Shown here: piece after piece, positions 53,854-64,000 of the stretch
How positions within the stretch are numbered: the stretch's first letter is position 1
How the letters are laid out: each line of letters begins with the position of its first letter
The notes under the pieces: model-generated
What the model saw: the letters and a program-made list of their open reading frames with translations, nothing else
Databases searched by the model: none
What the model was told of the DNA's origin: nothing
NCBI GenBank assembly: GCA_024790105.1
Contig: GCA_024790105.1_3053.1
From: a phage
Length of the DNA stretch: 64,000 nt
Direction: 5' to 3' (one strand)
Made by a program: the position numbers and the translations under genes

Positions 53854-54066
53854 TCATTTTGAATGCTCTATAATTAATTTTAAGGCTTCTTCGCTGACAA
53901 AAATTTCATCAGGACCTTCTTCTACAACCCAATCAACCCAATCAACCGTACGAAGCTGATTAGATAAGAGCTCACATACGAGCTCTTTGTCATAATCTTT
54001 AAATAGCTGGTTAATACGTTTCTTGCGGGCTTTCTTAAGCTGGCGTTTATTTAAACGAGCCATCAA
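53854..54066 (-). CDS. hypothetical protein
   Basis: 70-aa ORF between soc and gene 56. Confidence 0.35.
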   Translation of the reverse strand: MMARLNKRQLKKARKKRINQLFKDYDKELVCELLSNQLRTVDWVDWVVEEGPDEIFVSEEALKLIIEHSK

Positions 54067-54581
54067 TAACCTCGGTCTTGACGTGCGAAATTTTCGGCAT
54101 TTTTCAGATAATAAAGTTTAAAGATTTCTTCAGCTGTAAGACCAAGACCCTGGAACATATTCAGAACGAAATGAAGAATATCAATCATTTCAAATTTAAT
54201 TTCTAATTGGTCTTGCGGAGACAGTTCATCGATACGACGATTTCGATATTCAGCATGTTGTGCTTTCCATGGCTTCCATACACTGCTAGCGGCTTTTTCG
54301 CCATTGCTCATACCACCAAGAGAAGTCAGAAGTTCGCGGAATTCATCATCAATATAGTCTTTCTGATTGCGCAGCCAATCAACAACTTCACCTGCGGTAG
54401 CCAAATCATCAGGATGACGGTTATATTCAGGTTTATCTTTAGCTAAACGAATCTGCAGAGATTTCTGCATGTCAAGCATTACCTGCAGCGGGTCTTTTTC
54501 ATCACCGAGAATATCCCAATATTCATTTTGAGCTTTATCAGCGCCTTCGATCAGTTGACTACATTCGTTAAAGTAAGCCAT
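54063..54581 (-). CDS. 56: dCTPase/dUTPase gp56 (MazG-like)
   Basis: about 172 aa from MAYFNECSQLIEG; position and sequence match T4 gp56. Confidence 0.85.
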   Translation of the reverse strand: MAYFNECSQLIEGADKAQNEYWDILGDEKDPLQVMLDMQKSLQIRLAKDKPEYNRHPDDLATAGEVVDWLRNQKDYIDDEFRELLTSLGGMSNGEKAASSVWKPWKAQHAEYRNRRIDELSPQDQLEIKFEMIDILHFVLNMFQGLGLTAEEIFKLYYLKNAENFARQDRGY

Positions 54582-54641
54582 TATTTTTCCTTTCAATTCA
54601 TCAATAAGTTAAATAATTATATCATTTGAGTATGTAAGCAA

Positions 54642-55981
<1,340 letters not shown>

Positions 55982-56071
55982 TATATCATCCTCAGCAATT
56001 TATTTTATAATACCATAACAAGCTGAGAAAGTAAACAAATTTATGATAAATATTAATTTAAAGGAGGACAT

Positions 56072-56272
56072 ATGGTACAAAAATTAATGGCACTTGTTAA
56101 TGCCATCAAAGGTAATAAAAAGCGTATAGCTTTTACTATTTCTGCTATGATAGGAATTTTACTTTGGAATTTTGTTTTATCGCCAGTTGCTATTGCTCAT
56201 GGCGTTAGTATTCCAGTAGTTACTCTTGATACATTCGTAGATTTAGCATTTGCTTTAGTTGGGTTAATTTAA
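56072..56272 (+). CDS. small membrane protein (two predicted TM helices)
   Basis: 66 aa; strong RBS AAAGGAGG 5 nt upstream; near-consensus late promoter GATAAATA at 56046-56053; converges on gene 61 3' end. Confidence 0.45.
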   Translation: MVQKLMALVNAIKGNKKRIAFTISAMIGILLWNFVLSPVAIAHGVSIPVVTLDTFVDLAFALVGLI

Positions 56273-57297
56273 ATCTTAGCATATTTAGATAACCGCATTT
56301 TAGCCATTAACCCCTGGGCAATATTATTTTTCATATATTCCATAATTTGTTCAGGGGTTGCACCTTCCTTTCTAATCATATCATTAACATCTTTTGATTT
56401 CCAGGGAGATTTATCCCAAAACATAACCCTTTCTCCTGCATCAACTAATTTAGTCATTCGTTTAATAGTGTCAGGGTGACGAGGTTCATTATCTAAGACC
56501 CACACTCGTCTATCTTTAAATGGAACAACTTCTAGGTCTAATTGACCACCCGTAATAGCTATACCATTTTCAATAAAAAGTGAATCTATAGGTCCTTCTA
56601 GAACATATACATCACCATCTTTAACTCGTTCGACTCCATAGATTTTTGTTGCCTCAGGATAAGCTTTGATGGTGATATATTTTTGAGGAGCATCTTTCTT
56701 TAATGCACGTCCTTGAAAAGACTCAGCTTTTCCATTAGCATTATAAATTGGAATAACAAGACGAGGCTCAGAAATTTCCTTTTTATATGTTCCCGGTACT
56801 ATGCTATTAACCAATTTAGGCCATTCGGTTGTAAACCAAAGATATTTCCATTTATCCTTTGGAATACAACGAGCTTTTACATATTTTATAATTGGATGGT
56901 CTTCCGCCAGTTTATCTAATCTAACACATGACGGAAGAGATTTAATTATTTTCTTCTCAGGTTGTTTAGGAAGTTCTTTAGGTTTTTCTACTGGACGACT
57001 TTTACCTTTTTCTTTTCTTATTTCAAAGATATACTCACGATATAAATCAGGTTCAAACTCCTTTAAATATATTCCGATTGGTGCATGATAGTTACAGTTA
57101 TAACAATGAATATTTCCTTCATTATTATCACCATAATACCATCCACGGGCTTTATTTTGGTCGGTTTTTGAATCTCCACACACTGGGCATCTAAACCGTA
57201 ATTTAAAAGTTGAACTATTATTTACTTGTGTGAATTTAGGTAAATGAGCTAATGCACGGTATGCAAACTCATTATCAATCCAAGGTATTGATGACAT
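56269..57297 (-). CDS. 61: DNA primase gp61
   Basis: 342 aa; N-terminal zinc ribbon CPVCGDS...CYNC and TOPRIM region; recognised as T4 gp61. Confidence 0.9.
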   Translation of the reverse strand: MSSIPWIDNEFAYRALAHLPKFTQVNNSSTFKLRFRCPVCGDSKTDQNKARGWYYGDNNEGNIHCYNCNYHAPIGIYLKEFEPDLYREYIFEIRKEKGKSRPVEKPKELPKQPEKKIIKSLPSCVRLDKLAEDHPIIKYVKARCIPKDKWKYLWFTTEWPKLVNSIVPGTYKKEISEPRLVIPIYNANGKAESFQGRALKKDAPQKYITIKAYPEATKIYGVERVKDGDVYVLEGPIDSLFIENGIAITGGQLDLEVVPFKDRRVWVLDNEPRHPDTIKRMTKLVDAGERVMFWDKSPWKSKDVNDMIRKEGATPEQIMEYMKNNIAQGLMAKMRLSKYAKI

Positions 57298-57465
57298 TTT
57301 TACTCTTCTTTTTCTTTAGATTCCTCTTTTTTCTTTTTAGGAATCTGTTCAGGACCTTTATTTACTACAGCGCCTGATGTTGTTCCAGTAGAGATATTTT
57401 CAGGACTACCACCTGAATCTCCAGCGACCATATCTTCTTTGATAAATTCTTTAAATGTTTTCATA

Positions 57466-57822
57466 TTAACCTCTATTCATAAAAGCATTAAAAATTTGGT
57501 CATCAATAGATGGTACAGTAATATTTTCTGCATCATTTAGCAAATCGTTAATTTCATCAGATAGCATAACACATGTACCTTTATTTCCTGTAATTGTTAC
57601 TGCGCAATTACGAACGTTTTCTTTATTAAATTTTAGGTTAATATTTTCGTAATGAAAATCCTTTAATGCTGAATATACTTTTAAAATAAAATTGTCTTTT
57701 ACTACAATAAACCCAACCTCACTATTAAAACGTGGTTCATGGAAACTGTAATAAACCTTTTCATCTATAAAATCGTATGAAATTTTTTCCATTTTTAAAT
57801 ATGAAAATTCAGAACTATACAT
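57466..57822 (-). CDS. hypothetical protein (61.1-like)
   Basis: 118-aa ORF. Confidence 0.4.
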   Translation of the reverse strand: MYSSEFSYLKMEKISYDFIDEKVYYSFHEPRFNSEVGFIVVKDNFILKVYSALKDFHYENINLKFNKENVRNCAVTITGNKGTCVMLSDEINDLLNDAENITVPSIDDQIFNAFMNRG

Positions 57823-57834
57823 ATTAACCTCTAA

Positions 57835-58128
57835 TTACTCACCTACCACTTCAGCGATGATATTTTTATTATTAAAGTTTTTATCGCAATACAGAACATA
57901 ATTATACTGCATTACACCACCAGACTTAAGCTGTTTTTGCACTTCAGCTTTCATTTCAGGACGATCACGCTTAACGATATTCATAATATCTGCTTCAATT
58001 TGAGTTTCAACCTCAGTCTGATCCGCAGTCATAGACCATTCGCACAAATCTTTATCATAACCTGCCATAGCAGGCTGAGCAGCACAAGAAGCCAAAGCAA
58101 AAATTGTAGCAAAGATAAATTTTTTCAT
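57835..58128 (-). CDS. sp: Spackle periplasmic protein
   Basis: 97 aa from MKKFIFATIFALASCAAQPAMA (signal peptide); recognised as T4 Sp. Confidence 0.8.
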   Translation of the reverse strand: MKKFIFATIFALASCAAQPAMAGYDKDLCEWSMTADQTEVETQIEADIMNIVKRDRPEMKAEVQKQLKSGGVMQYNYVLYCDKNFNNKNIIAEVVGE

Positions 58129-58189
58129 GATTAATCTCCTCAGTAGTTTATGTTTATATAGTATCTCAATTTCCAACAAAAGTAAACAG

Positions 58190-58489
58190 TTATTTTAAAA
58201 CTTTTGCGTAATCACATGTTACAAACTGTTTCTCTAGCTTAACGATCTTACGAAAGTATCTTTTGCATTGGCGAATCTGCCGCTTCGTAGGGCGAACAGC
58301 AAACTTAATAAATTCTACTCGACCAGATGGAGGACTTTCTTCTGGTGGAATATCTAACACCAATTCCCACGTATCTGCAATAAGTGCTTTGAATTGCGTA
58401 TTTTTCCTGACATTATACGGAGTAGGTTTAAATAAAACAATATGCATATTATCCTCGGCAATCCACTTCACATACTTTCTTGTCATCAA
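58190..58489 (-). CDS. hypothetical protein
   Basis: 99-aa basic ORF. Confidence 0.4.
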   Translation of the reverse strand: MMTRKYVKWIAEDNMHIVLFKPTPYNVRKNTQFKALIADTWELVLDIPPEESPPSGRVEFIKFAVRPTKRQIRQCKRYFRKIVKLEKQFVTCDYAKVLK

Positions 58490-58631
58490 TGAAAGCTTTA
58501 ACTAATGCTTTATTAACTTCAGCATATTGAGTAGTAGCCCATTGAACGTCATCTTTCATCATTGTGGTTTCTTTAGTAAACATGCTTTCATTCTTAAACC
58601 ACCCCATAAAAACTACCTTTACCAATTCCAT
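58449..58631 (-). CDS. dmd: Dmd antitoxin (inhibitor of host RnlA/LsoA RNases)
   Basis: 60 aa; MELVKVVFMGWFKNESMFTKE... recognised as T4 Dmd. Confidence 0.8.
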   Translation of the reverse strand: MELVKVVFMGWFKNESMFTKETTMMKDDVQWATTQYAEVNKALVKAFIDDKKVCEVDCRG

Positions 58632-58689
58632 AACAATCTCCTTATTTAACCAACAAGACTACTATACCATAGTCTTGTCAGCTTGTAAA

Positions 58690-60117
58690 CTAAAATTTTA
58701 ATTCATTTGCCAAAGCATCTAACTGAGCTCGAGTGGATTCATTTCTTTGATAGCGATTCTGCTCAGCCTGAATCTGTTGTGAACCTGCTACTTCACTCAC
58801 TTCTGTTGGAGTAGAATCTTGTTCAATTTCTACCCATTTTTGATTTCCCTTTTGAACACCCATCAAAAACTTATTCCACTTATTCTTATCGCCATATCGT
58901 GATTTGATTTGCTTAATGAGTTGTTGTTCAGCAGCTGCTAGCTCCTCGGTTTCAATGACCGCAAGCATAAAATCAGCTGTTGCTGGAAGACCAGCAGATT
59001 CTGCAATATCGCTCATGTTAACATCGGAAGAGTCCCAAGCTTGTTTACCAACCTGTGCTGCAGTCCAAAGAACAGTTTCGGTTTCAACAGCCAGAGCACG
59101 CAATTCCTCTGCAATAGCTTTAACAGTTGTGTAACTGTTTTCTGAATAAACTCTAATGCGGCAAGATTTACAAATACCTAGATAGTCGACAATAATGATT
59201 GTTGGAACAAAATTCTTTTTAAGCTTCAATTCATTCAAGAGAGACCTGAATGTATTAGCATCTGCTCCACCAGTAGGGTACTGTTTAACGATTAAACGAC
59301 CAAGAGTAGATTTCTCACGCCATTTTTCCATTTTTCCTTTATACTCAGCGTAAGAAATATGTCCATCATCAATATCGTCAAGAGAAACGTCAAGCATATT
59401 AGCATCAATACGTTTAGCACAGACTTCTTCTGCCATTTCCATGGAAATGTAAAGAACATTATGTCCGAGCTGCAAATAATCTGCTGCCAATGAACACAGA
59501 CCTAATGACTTACCAACGTTAACACCAGCCATTAAAACGTTCAGTGTTCCAGTTTCAGCTCCGCCTTTAGTAATTTTGTTTAGAATTCTGAGTTTAAATG
59601 GAACCTTACGAGCTTTATTCATATAAGATAGCCAGCGTGCTTCGTAGTCATCCATCCAATCATGACCAACATAACTATCAAATGAAATTGATAATGCTTG
59701 ACGCATGATGTCAGGAATAGCACCAACATCCGGCATTTTCTTATTTCGTTTTTCTGGAGGAAGCTCAGCATTAGTTTGAATTTCGATTATTTTAGACGTA
59801 GCATTAAACATCGCCCTTTGCTGAACATATTTTTCTGTTTCTTTTATTAACCAACTGTGGTCTTCCGGAGAATCAGCTAGTTTTGAAATAAGTGTTTTTA
59901 CACCAGAATATTCTGTTTCAGTAAATGAACTATTTTCTAATGCAACATTTAACGCATTAATAGATGGAACGCTATGGTACTCATTAACATGAGATTTAAT
60001 TAATTTGAATGTATTTTTAGCTGGACCACTTTCAAAATATTCTGAATCCATATATGGCCAAACTTTTGAAAAATAAGCTTGATCAAATATGAGATGAGAA
60101 AGAATAATTTCTACCAC
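58690..60117 (-). CDS. 41: replicative DNA helicase gp41 (DnaB-like)
   Basis: 475 aa; Walker A GVNVGKS; recognised as T4 gp41. Confidence 0.95.
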   Translation of the reverse strand: MVEIILSHLIFDQAYFSKVWPYMDSEYFESGPAKNTFKLIKSHVNEYHSVPSINALNVALENSSFTETEYSGVKTLISKLADSPEDHSWLIKETEKYVQQRAMFNATSKIIEIQTNAELPPEKRNKKMPDVGAIPDIMRQALSISFDSYVGHDWMDDYEARWLSYMNKARKVPFKLRILNKITKGGAETGTLNVLMAGVNVGKSLGLCSLAADYLQLGHNVLYISMEMAEEVCAKRIDANMLDVSLDDIDDGHISYAEYKGKMEKWREKSTLGRLIVKQYPTGGADANTFRSLLNELKLKKNFVPTIIIVDYLGICKSCRIRVYSENSYTTVKAIAEELRALAVETETVLWTAAQVGKQAWDSSDVNMSDIAESAGLPATADFMLAVIETEELAAAEQQLIKQIKSRYGDKNKWNKFLMGVQKGNQKWVEIEQDSTPTEVSEVAGSQQIQAEQNRYQRNESTRAQLDALANELKF

Positions 60118-60126
60118 ACTTACTCC

Positions 60127-60489
60127 TTAAAAGAATTTAAACTTTTTCTTTGACCTTTTATTAAATGCATCTTGTAGTTGCATTGTAATACATTTTTCTA
60201 CATGAGGAGCTAACTCAGCTTTTCTTTCTTGGTCAAGAACAGCAAAGTCCATTACGACTTTTCCATCAACCCAATCTAATTTTGTCACATACACAATGTG
60301 TGTAGAACCATCTTCTAGTTTAATGACAATCTCCTGGATAACATTTTCCATGGCAGATTTAATTATCTTAAGAGATTCATTAAAAAGACGTTCTTTTCTT
60401 TCTTCTTCCCCCTCCGAAGAGGGGGATTCATCGATAATTTCTAGATCTAAGTCTAAATCATCTTTATTCATTAAATTCTTCCATATCAC
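60127..60489 (-). CDS. 40: head vertex assembly chaperone gp40
   Basis: 120-aa acidic ORF between 41 and uvsX. Confidence 0.6.
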   Translation of the reverse strand: MIWKNLMNKDDLDLDLEIIDESPSSEGEEERKERLFNESLKIIKSAMENVIQEIVIKLEDGSTHIVYVTKLDWVDGKVVMDFAVLDQERKAELAPHVEKCITMQLQDAFNKRSKKKFKFF

Positions 60490-61639
60490 TTAACTGTTCG
60501 AGGTCAGTTTCTAAATCAGCTGCTGATTTACTTTTACTTTCTGGGGATTTAAATTTTTCAACCTTTGAGTTAATCAATTCATCAACTTCAGCTTCAACAA
60601 TTTCATTACTATCAATAGCACCTAACTGATAAGCACGTTTAATAGCATCTCGGAATGGTTGATGCTTAAATAAAGGACCCCAGAATGTAGTGCAGTTAGT
60701 ATCTTTTGCACGCCAAGATTTTTCTTCGCGAATCATCTCGCCGGTTTCTTCATCAAGAAATTCACGAGCATACCAGCCATTTTTAGGTTTTACCACGAAT
60801 CCTAATTCTAGAGCCATATCTAACAATCCAGAATAAGGATCGATACCACCGTCAAATTTAACATCAATAAAGAATTTACTTTTTTCTTTAACGGTACGAG
60901 ATTTTTCTACATTTAGAACAAATTGATACCCCTGAAGATCAGAACCATCTTTAATCTGGCGCTTACCAATAATGAATACGGTATCAGCCGAATACATCGG
61001 TCCAGTACCACCTCCCATAACTGTTTTACTAAACATTTCTTGTGTTTCGTATGTATGATTAATAGCAATACATGGAATATTTTTAGTACTAAAATAGGGA
61101 GTTACGATACGAAATAAGCTTTTCATTGTTTTAGCTCTAGTCATATCACTAACAACTTTTTCATTTAAAGCATCTTCAGTTTCTTTCTTAGAAGCTAAGT
61201 TACCAAGTGAATCGATAAAAACGACTACCTTTTCGCCGCGTTCAATTGCATCCAATTGATTAACCATGTCAATACGTAATTGCTCAAGTGATTGAACCGG
61301 AGTATGAATTACTCGTTCTGGATCGACTCCCATAGACCGCAAATAAGCAGGAGTAATACCAAATTCACTATCATAAAACAAACATACTGCATCAGGATAT
61401 TGACGCATGTAAGATGACACCATTGTTAATCCAAAGTTTGATTTAAATGATTTTGATGGACCTGCCAAAATTAACAGACCAGATTGCATACCACCAGTAA
61501 TTTCACCAGAAAGTGCAATATTCATCATAGGAATTTTTGTTCGAACTACATCCTTTTCATTAAAGAATTTAGATGCTGTTAATTCTGCAGTCAATTTAGA
61601 AGTAGAAGCTTTAATCAAACGAGATTTTAAATCAGACAT
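60464..61639 (-). CDS. uvsX: recombinase UvsX (RecA-like)
   Basis: 391 aa; Walker A GPSKSFKS; recognised as T4 UvsX. Confidence 0.95.
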   Translation of the reverse strand: MSDLKSRLIKASTSKLTAELTASKFFNEKDVVRTKIPMMNIALSGEITGGMQSGLLILAGPSKSFKSNFGLTMVSSYMRQYPDAVCLFYDSEFGITPAYLRSMGVDPERVIHTPVQSLEQLRIDMVNQLDAIERGEKVVVFIDSLGNLASKKETEDALNEKVVSDMTRAKTMKSLFRIVTPYFSTKNIPCIAINHTYETQEMFSKTVMGGGTGPMYSADTVFIIGKRQIKDGSDLQGYQFVLNVEKSRTVKEKSKFFIDVKFDGGIDPYSGLLDMALELGFVVKPKNGWYAREFLDEETGEMIREEKSWRAKDTNCTTFWGPLFKHQPFRDAIKRAYQLGAIDSNEIVEAEVDELINSKVEKFKSPESKSKSAADLETDLEQLSDMEEFNE

Positions 61640-61647
61640 ATAATACC

Positions 61648-62313
61648 TTATAGTAGTGTTCTTGTTCCACGAAATACTTCGAGCATTCTTGCATAAGATT
61701 TATTTGGAAATCCAGCTTCAATTGCTAATTTTTTAAGCTTAATAGCACCGGGTTTTCCAGAGTTTTCCCATATTTCTTTAATCTTTTCAATGTTATCCCA
61801 CATTATTGGGTCACGTTTATGTGATGGTTTATTTCTATTATAACCATATGGATTATTAAGCAAAGCTTCTTTTCGTTTTGCTTTAGTTTCTTCTGACTGC
61901 TTTTTGCCTAGCTGGGCTTTCCGGCAAACATCACTAAATCCAAGATGTTTTGGTTTTCCTTTTTGAGCTTTTGAAATTTTTTCTTTGGTTTCTGATGAAA
62001 CTCTATAACCAATTCTTCTACCACCCTCTCCACCAATTTTTAAATTATAAGTCATAGGATCATTTACCACATCTATTGTTACTAATTCTCTTTCAGCATC
62101 ACGGGCTGATTTAAAATCTTTATAAAACCCAAGAATGCTTAAATTAAAATTTTTCTTACCATACTTTTTCTTGGCTTGTGCTAATAAAGTTCCTGATCCC
62201 ATATAACCATCATTTAAATCATCGGTTGAATGAGTTCCATAGTAAATTTTATTATTAACTAAATTAGTTATAACATAAGTATAATTATATTTCTTTTCTT
62301 TATGTCTTTTCAT
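61648..62313 (-). CDS. segA: GIY-YIG homing endonuclease SegA
   Basis: 221 aa from MKRHKEKKYNYTYVITNLVNNKIYYGTHS; position between uvsX and the glycosyltransferase locus. Confidence 0.8.
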   Translation of the reverse strand: MKRHKEKKYNYTYVITNLVNNKIYYGTHSTDDLNDGYMGSGTLLAQAKKKYGKKNFNLSILGFYKDFKSARDAERELVTIDVVNDPMTYNLKIGGEGGRRIGYRVSSETKEKISKAQKGKPKHLGFSDVCRKAQLGKKQSEETKAKRKEALLNNPYGYNRNKPSHKRDPIMWDNIEKIKEIWENSGKPGAIKLKKLAIEAGFPNKSYARMLEVFRGTRTLL

Positions 62314-62317
62314 GTCA

Positions 62318-63166
62318 TTAATCAACTGCTATTGGATGAATAGCATTAAACTTATGAAATGCTTCTGATTTTTCTTTACGCGAAACACACATGCGAAGAA
62401 CCTTTAATGGCTCGTCTTCTTCACCCAATGATTTTCGTTTTTCAATATTCGATGTTTTCCAACGAGCTTGCTCTGGAAACTCTCTATTGATTTGCTCAAG
62501 CGCTCTATTATGTTTAGAATTACTACGAATTGAACTACACCCACCGGGAGCCTGTGATTTTCCAGATACAACTAGATATTTGAACAAGGCCAAATGCGGA
62601 TAACCTTGATTAATTAAATTGAGAAATGCATACATATCTTCACATAAATCAATTTTTCCATACCCAATTTGTTCTGTCGTAAGTTTTCCGAGGTCATACC
62701 ATGTATTCGTGAATCCATATGAGTTTTCACGATAATTACCCCAAGATGAAGTAATTTTAAAAATTGGTAGACGAGCATGACCGTGATAATACCCGCAATC
62801 CATGGCATCTTCAACGTATTGAATTAATTCATAGAACTGTTCACGAGTTAATTGATTAATTTTATCTACACGCCGTTTATCGTCTCTCTTTCGTATTGAA
62901 CTCATACGAATAGTAGTATCATCATCAATCATCCAGATTCGTTGACCTGCATACATATCAGTAATTGCTTTACGAGTACCGGAAATTCCATTAACATCAT
63001 CAGGAATAGTTACAATTTTAGCTCTAGACCCATAAGCGTCATGATAAGCTTTTTCTTCATGTTCACGCACTACAATATGGGGTTCATAATCAGTCGGAAA
63101 CATATTAAGGGCAGAAACTGCCCCTACACGTTGATAGCTCGGAATTACGAATTGAATCATTTCCAC
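62318..63166 (-). CDS. putative GT-A fold glycosyltransferase (not T4-type beta-glucosyltransferase)
   Basis: 282 aa; candidate DxD motif WMIDDDTT; occupies the locus of the 351-aa beta-gt in T4 but is unrelated to the beta-gt sequence as I recall it. Confidence 0.5.
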   Translation of the reverse strand: MEMIQFVIPSYQRVGAVSALNMFPTDYEPHIVVREHEEKAYHDAYGSRAKIVTIPDDVNGISGTRKAITDMYAGQRIWMIDDDTTIRMSSIRKRDDKRRVDKINQLTREQFYELIQYVEDAMDCGYYHGHARLPIFKITSSWGNYRENSYGFTNTWYDLGKLTTEQIGYGKIDLCEDMYAFLNLINQGYPHLALFKYLVVSGKSQAPGGCSSIRSNSKHNRALEQINREFPEQARWKTSNIEKRKSLGEEDEPLKVLRMCVSRKEKSEAFHKFNAIHPIAVD

Positions 63167-63897
63167 TCACCGTTATAATCTTTTTTCATAATATGAGTTT
63201 CGCCAGTATTCCACCAATGATCAACCAAGTAAAAATGACGAGAATATACATGAAGACTTCCAACATTCCATATAATAGAACCTGCTTTATACTGACGAGT
63301 TGAATCGCCTGCATTCAAATCAGATACTAATTTATCTAATACGTATTTTTGCCATGCATAGTCATTACGATAGCCTGCCCAACAGTCATTGCTTCTCATA
63401 TTAACAACCGCATTGACTTTCTTATCACGAATCAGGTACTGTACTGTATTAGTACACATGAAATCTGACATACCATCTTTATTGTAGTCAAATTGCATGG
63501 ATGGACGAGTATAAATCATGATACCACGTCGAGAATCAGGATTTTGACCAAGTTCAGCTAAACACATATCATACTGGGCATAGTTATCTTCTGACCAGAT
63601 AGCCCAACCATAATTCGAGTTAATTTCACCTTTAGAAGATGCTACCTGCTGCCAAATCTTCGGTGTTTCACCCGGAATATCTTTAACGAACAAGCTCTTA
63701 GATTTATACCATTCAAGTTCACGCTGAATGTATTCATCATTAAGAGCGCCAAAAATAAACGGTTCATCTGCTACAAATGATGCGCCAATAATTTCAATAG
63801 TTTTAACACCAGTTTTATCAACTACGAAATCTTTTTCTTTTAATGCAAGCCCCAAATGAAGACGGATTTCTTCAACTGTCATAGAGTCACTAATCAT
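63157..63897 (-). CDS. 42: dCMP hydroxymethylase gp42
   Basis: 246 aa; thymidylate-synthase-like fold; recognised as T4 gp42. Confidence 0.9.
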   Translation of the reverse strand: MISDSMTVEEIRLHLGLALKEKDFVVDKTGVKTIEIIGASFVADEPFIFGALNDEYIQRELEWYKSKSLFVKDIPGETPKIWQQVASSKGEINSNYGWAIWSEDNYAQYDMCLAELGQNPDSRRGIMIYTRPSMQFDYNKDGMSDFMCTNTVQYLIRDKKVNAVVNMRSNDCWAGYRNDYAWQKYVLDKLVSDLNAGDSTRQYKAGSIIWNVGSLHVYSRHFYLVDHWWNTGETHIMKKDYNGEWK

Positions 63898-63902
63898 TTA
63901 AA

Positions 63903-64000
63903 CCTCAATTGATACATTCATATTTAACTTGTAACAGTAATAAACCCCAACCTAAAATAATAGTTGGAATCATAAGAGGAACCGTTACACTATAGTATAT
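63903..64000 (-). CDS. partial ORF (3' end only), possibly Imm membrane protein
   Basis: hydrophobic C-terminal peptide ...IPTIILGWGLLLLQVKYECIN running off the window end; position after gene 42. Confidence 0.35.

Overview
This 64 kb window is a contiguous segment of a T4-like (T-even, Tevenvirinae) myophage genome. All gene names and reference lengths below are recalled from memory of phage T4, not from a search. Early and middle genes run on the minus strand on both sides of a plus-strand late operon. Left arm (0.2-18.9 kb): pseT, spanin pair, alc, rnlA, denA, nrdB (group I intron), nrdA, td (group I intron with I-TevI), frd, 32, segG-like, 59, 33, dsbA, rnh. Late operon (19.0-29.6 kb, plus strand): long tail fibre genes 34-35-36-37-38 and holin t. 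Right arm (29.6-64 kb): asiA, arn, motA, 52, stp, ndd, denB, rIIB, rIIA, 60 (with the 50-nt translational bypass), mobA, 39, cef, motB, dexA, dda, srd, modA, modB, soc, 56, dam, 61, sp, dmd, 41, 40, uvsX, segA, 42, partial imm. No tRNA, rRNA or CRISPR array was recognised. The most notable departures from the T4 arrangement as I recall it are: (1) nrdA is split into two ORFs by a Mob-type HNH endonuclease gene; (2) a free-standing GIY-YIG endonuclease, paralogous to I-TevI, sits on the opposite strand behind a perfect late promoter between nrdA and td; (3) a ~0.4 kb insertion with a 119-aa ORF sits exactly at the frd/td junction, flanked by 8-bp direct repeats; (4) the distal tail fibre module is T2-type (gp37 with a C-terminal chaperone-like domain plus a glycine-rich gp38 adhesin); (5) a different glycosyltransferase occupies the beta-gt locus; (6) a 186-aa ORF with a possible PD-(D/E)xK motif is translationally coupled to dam.
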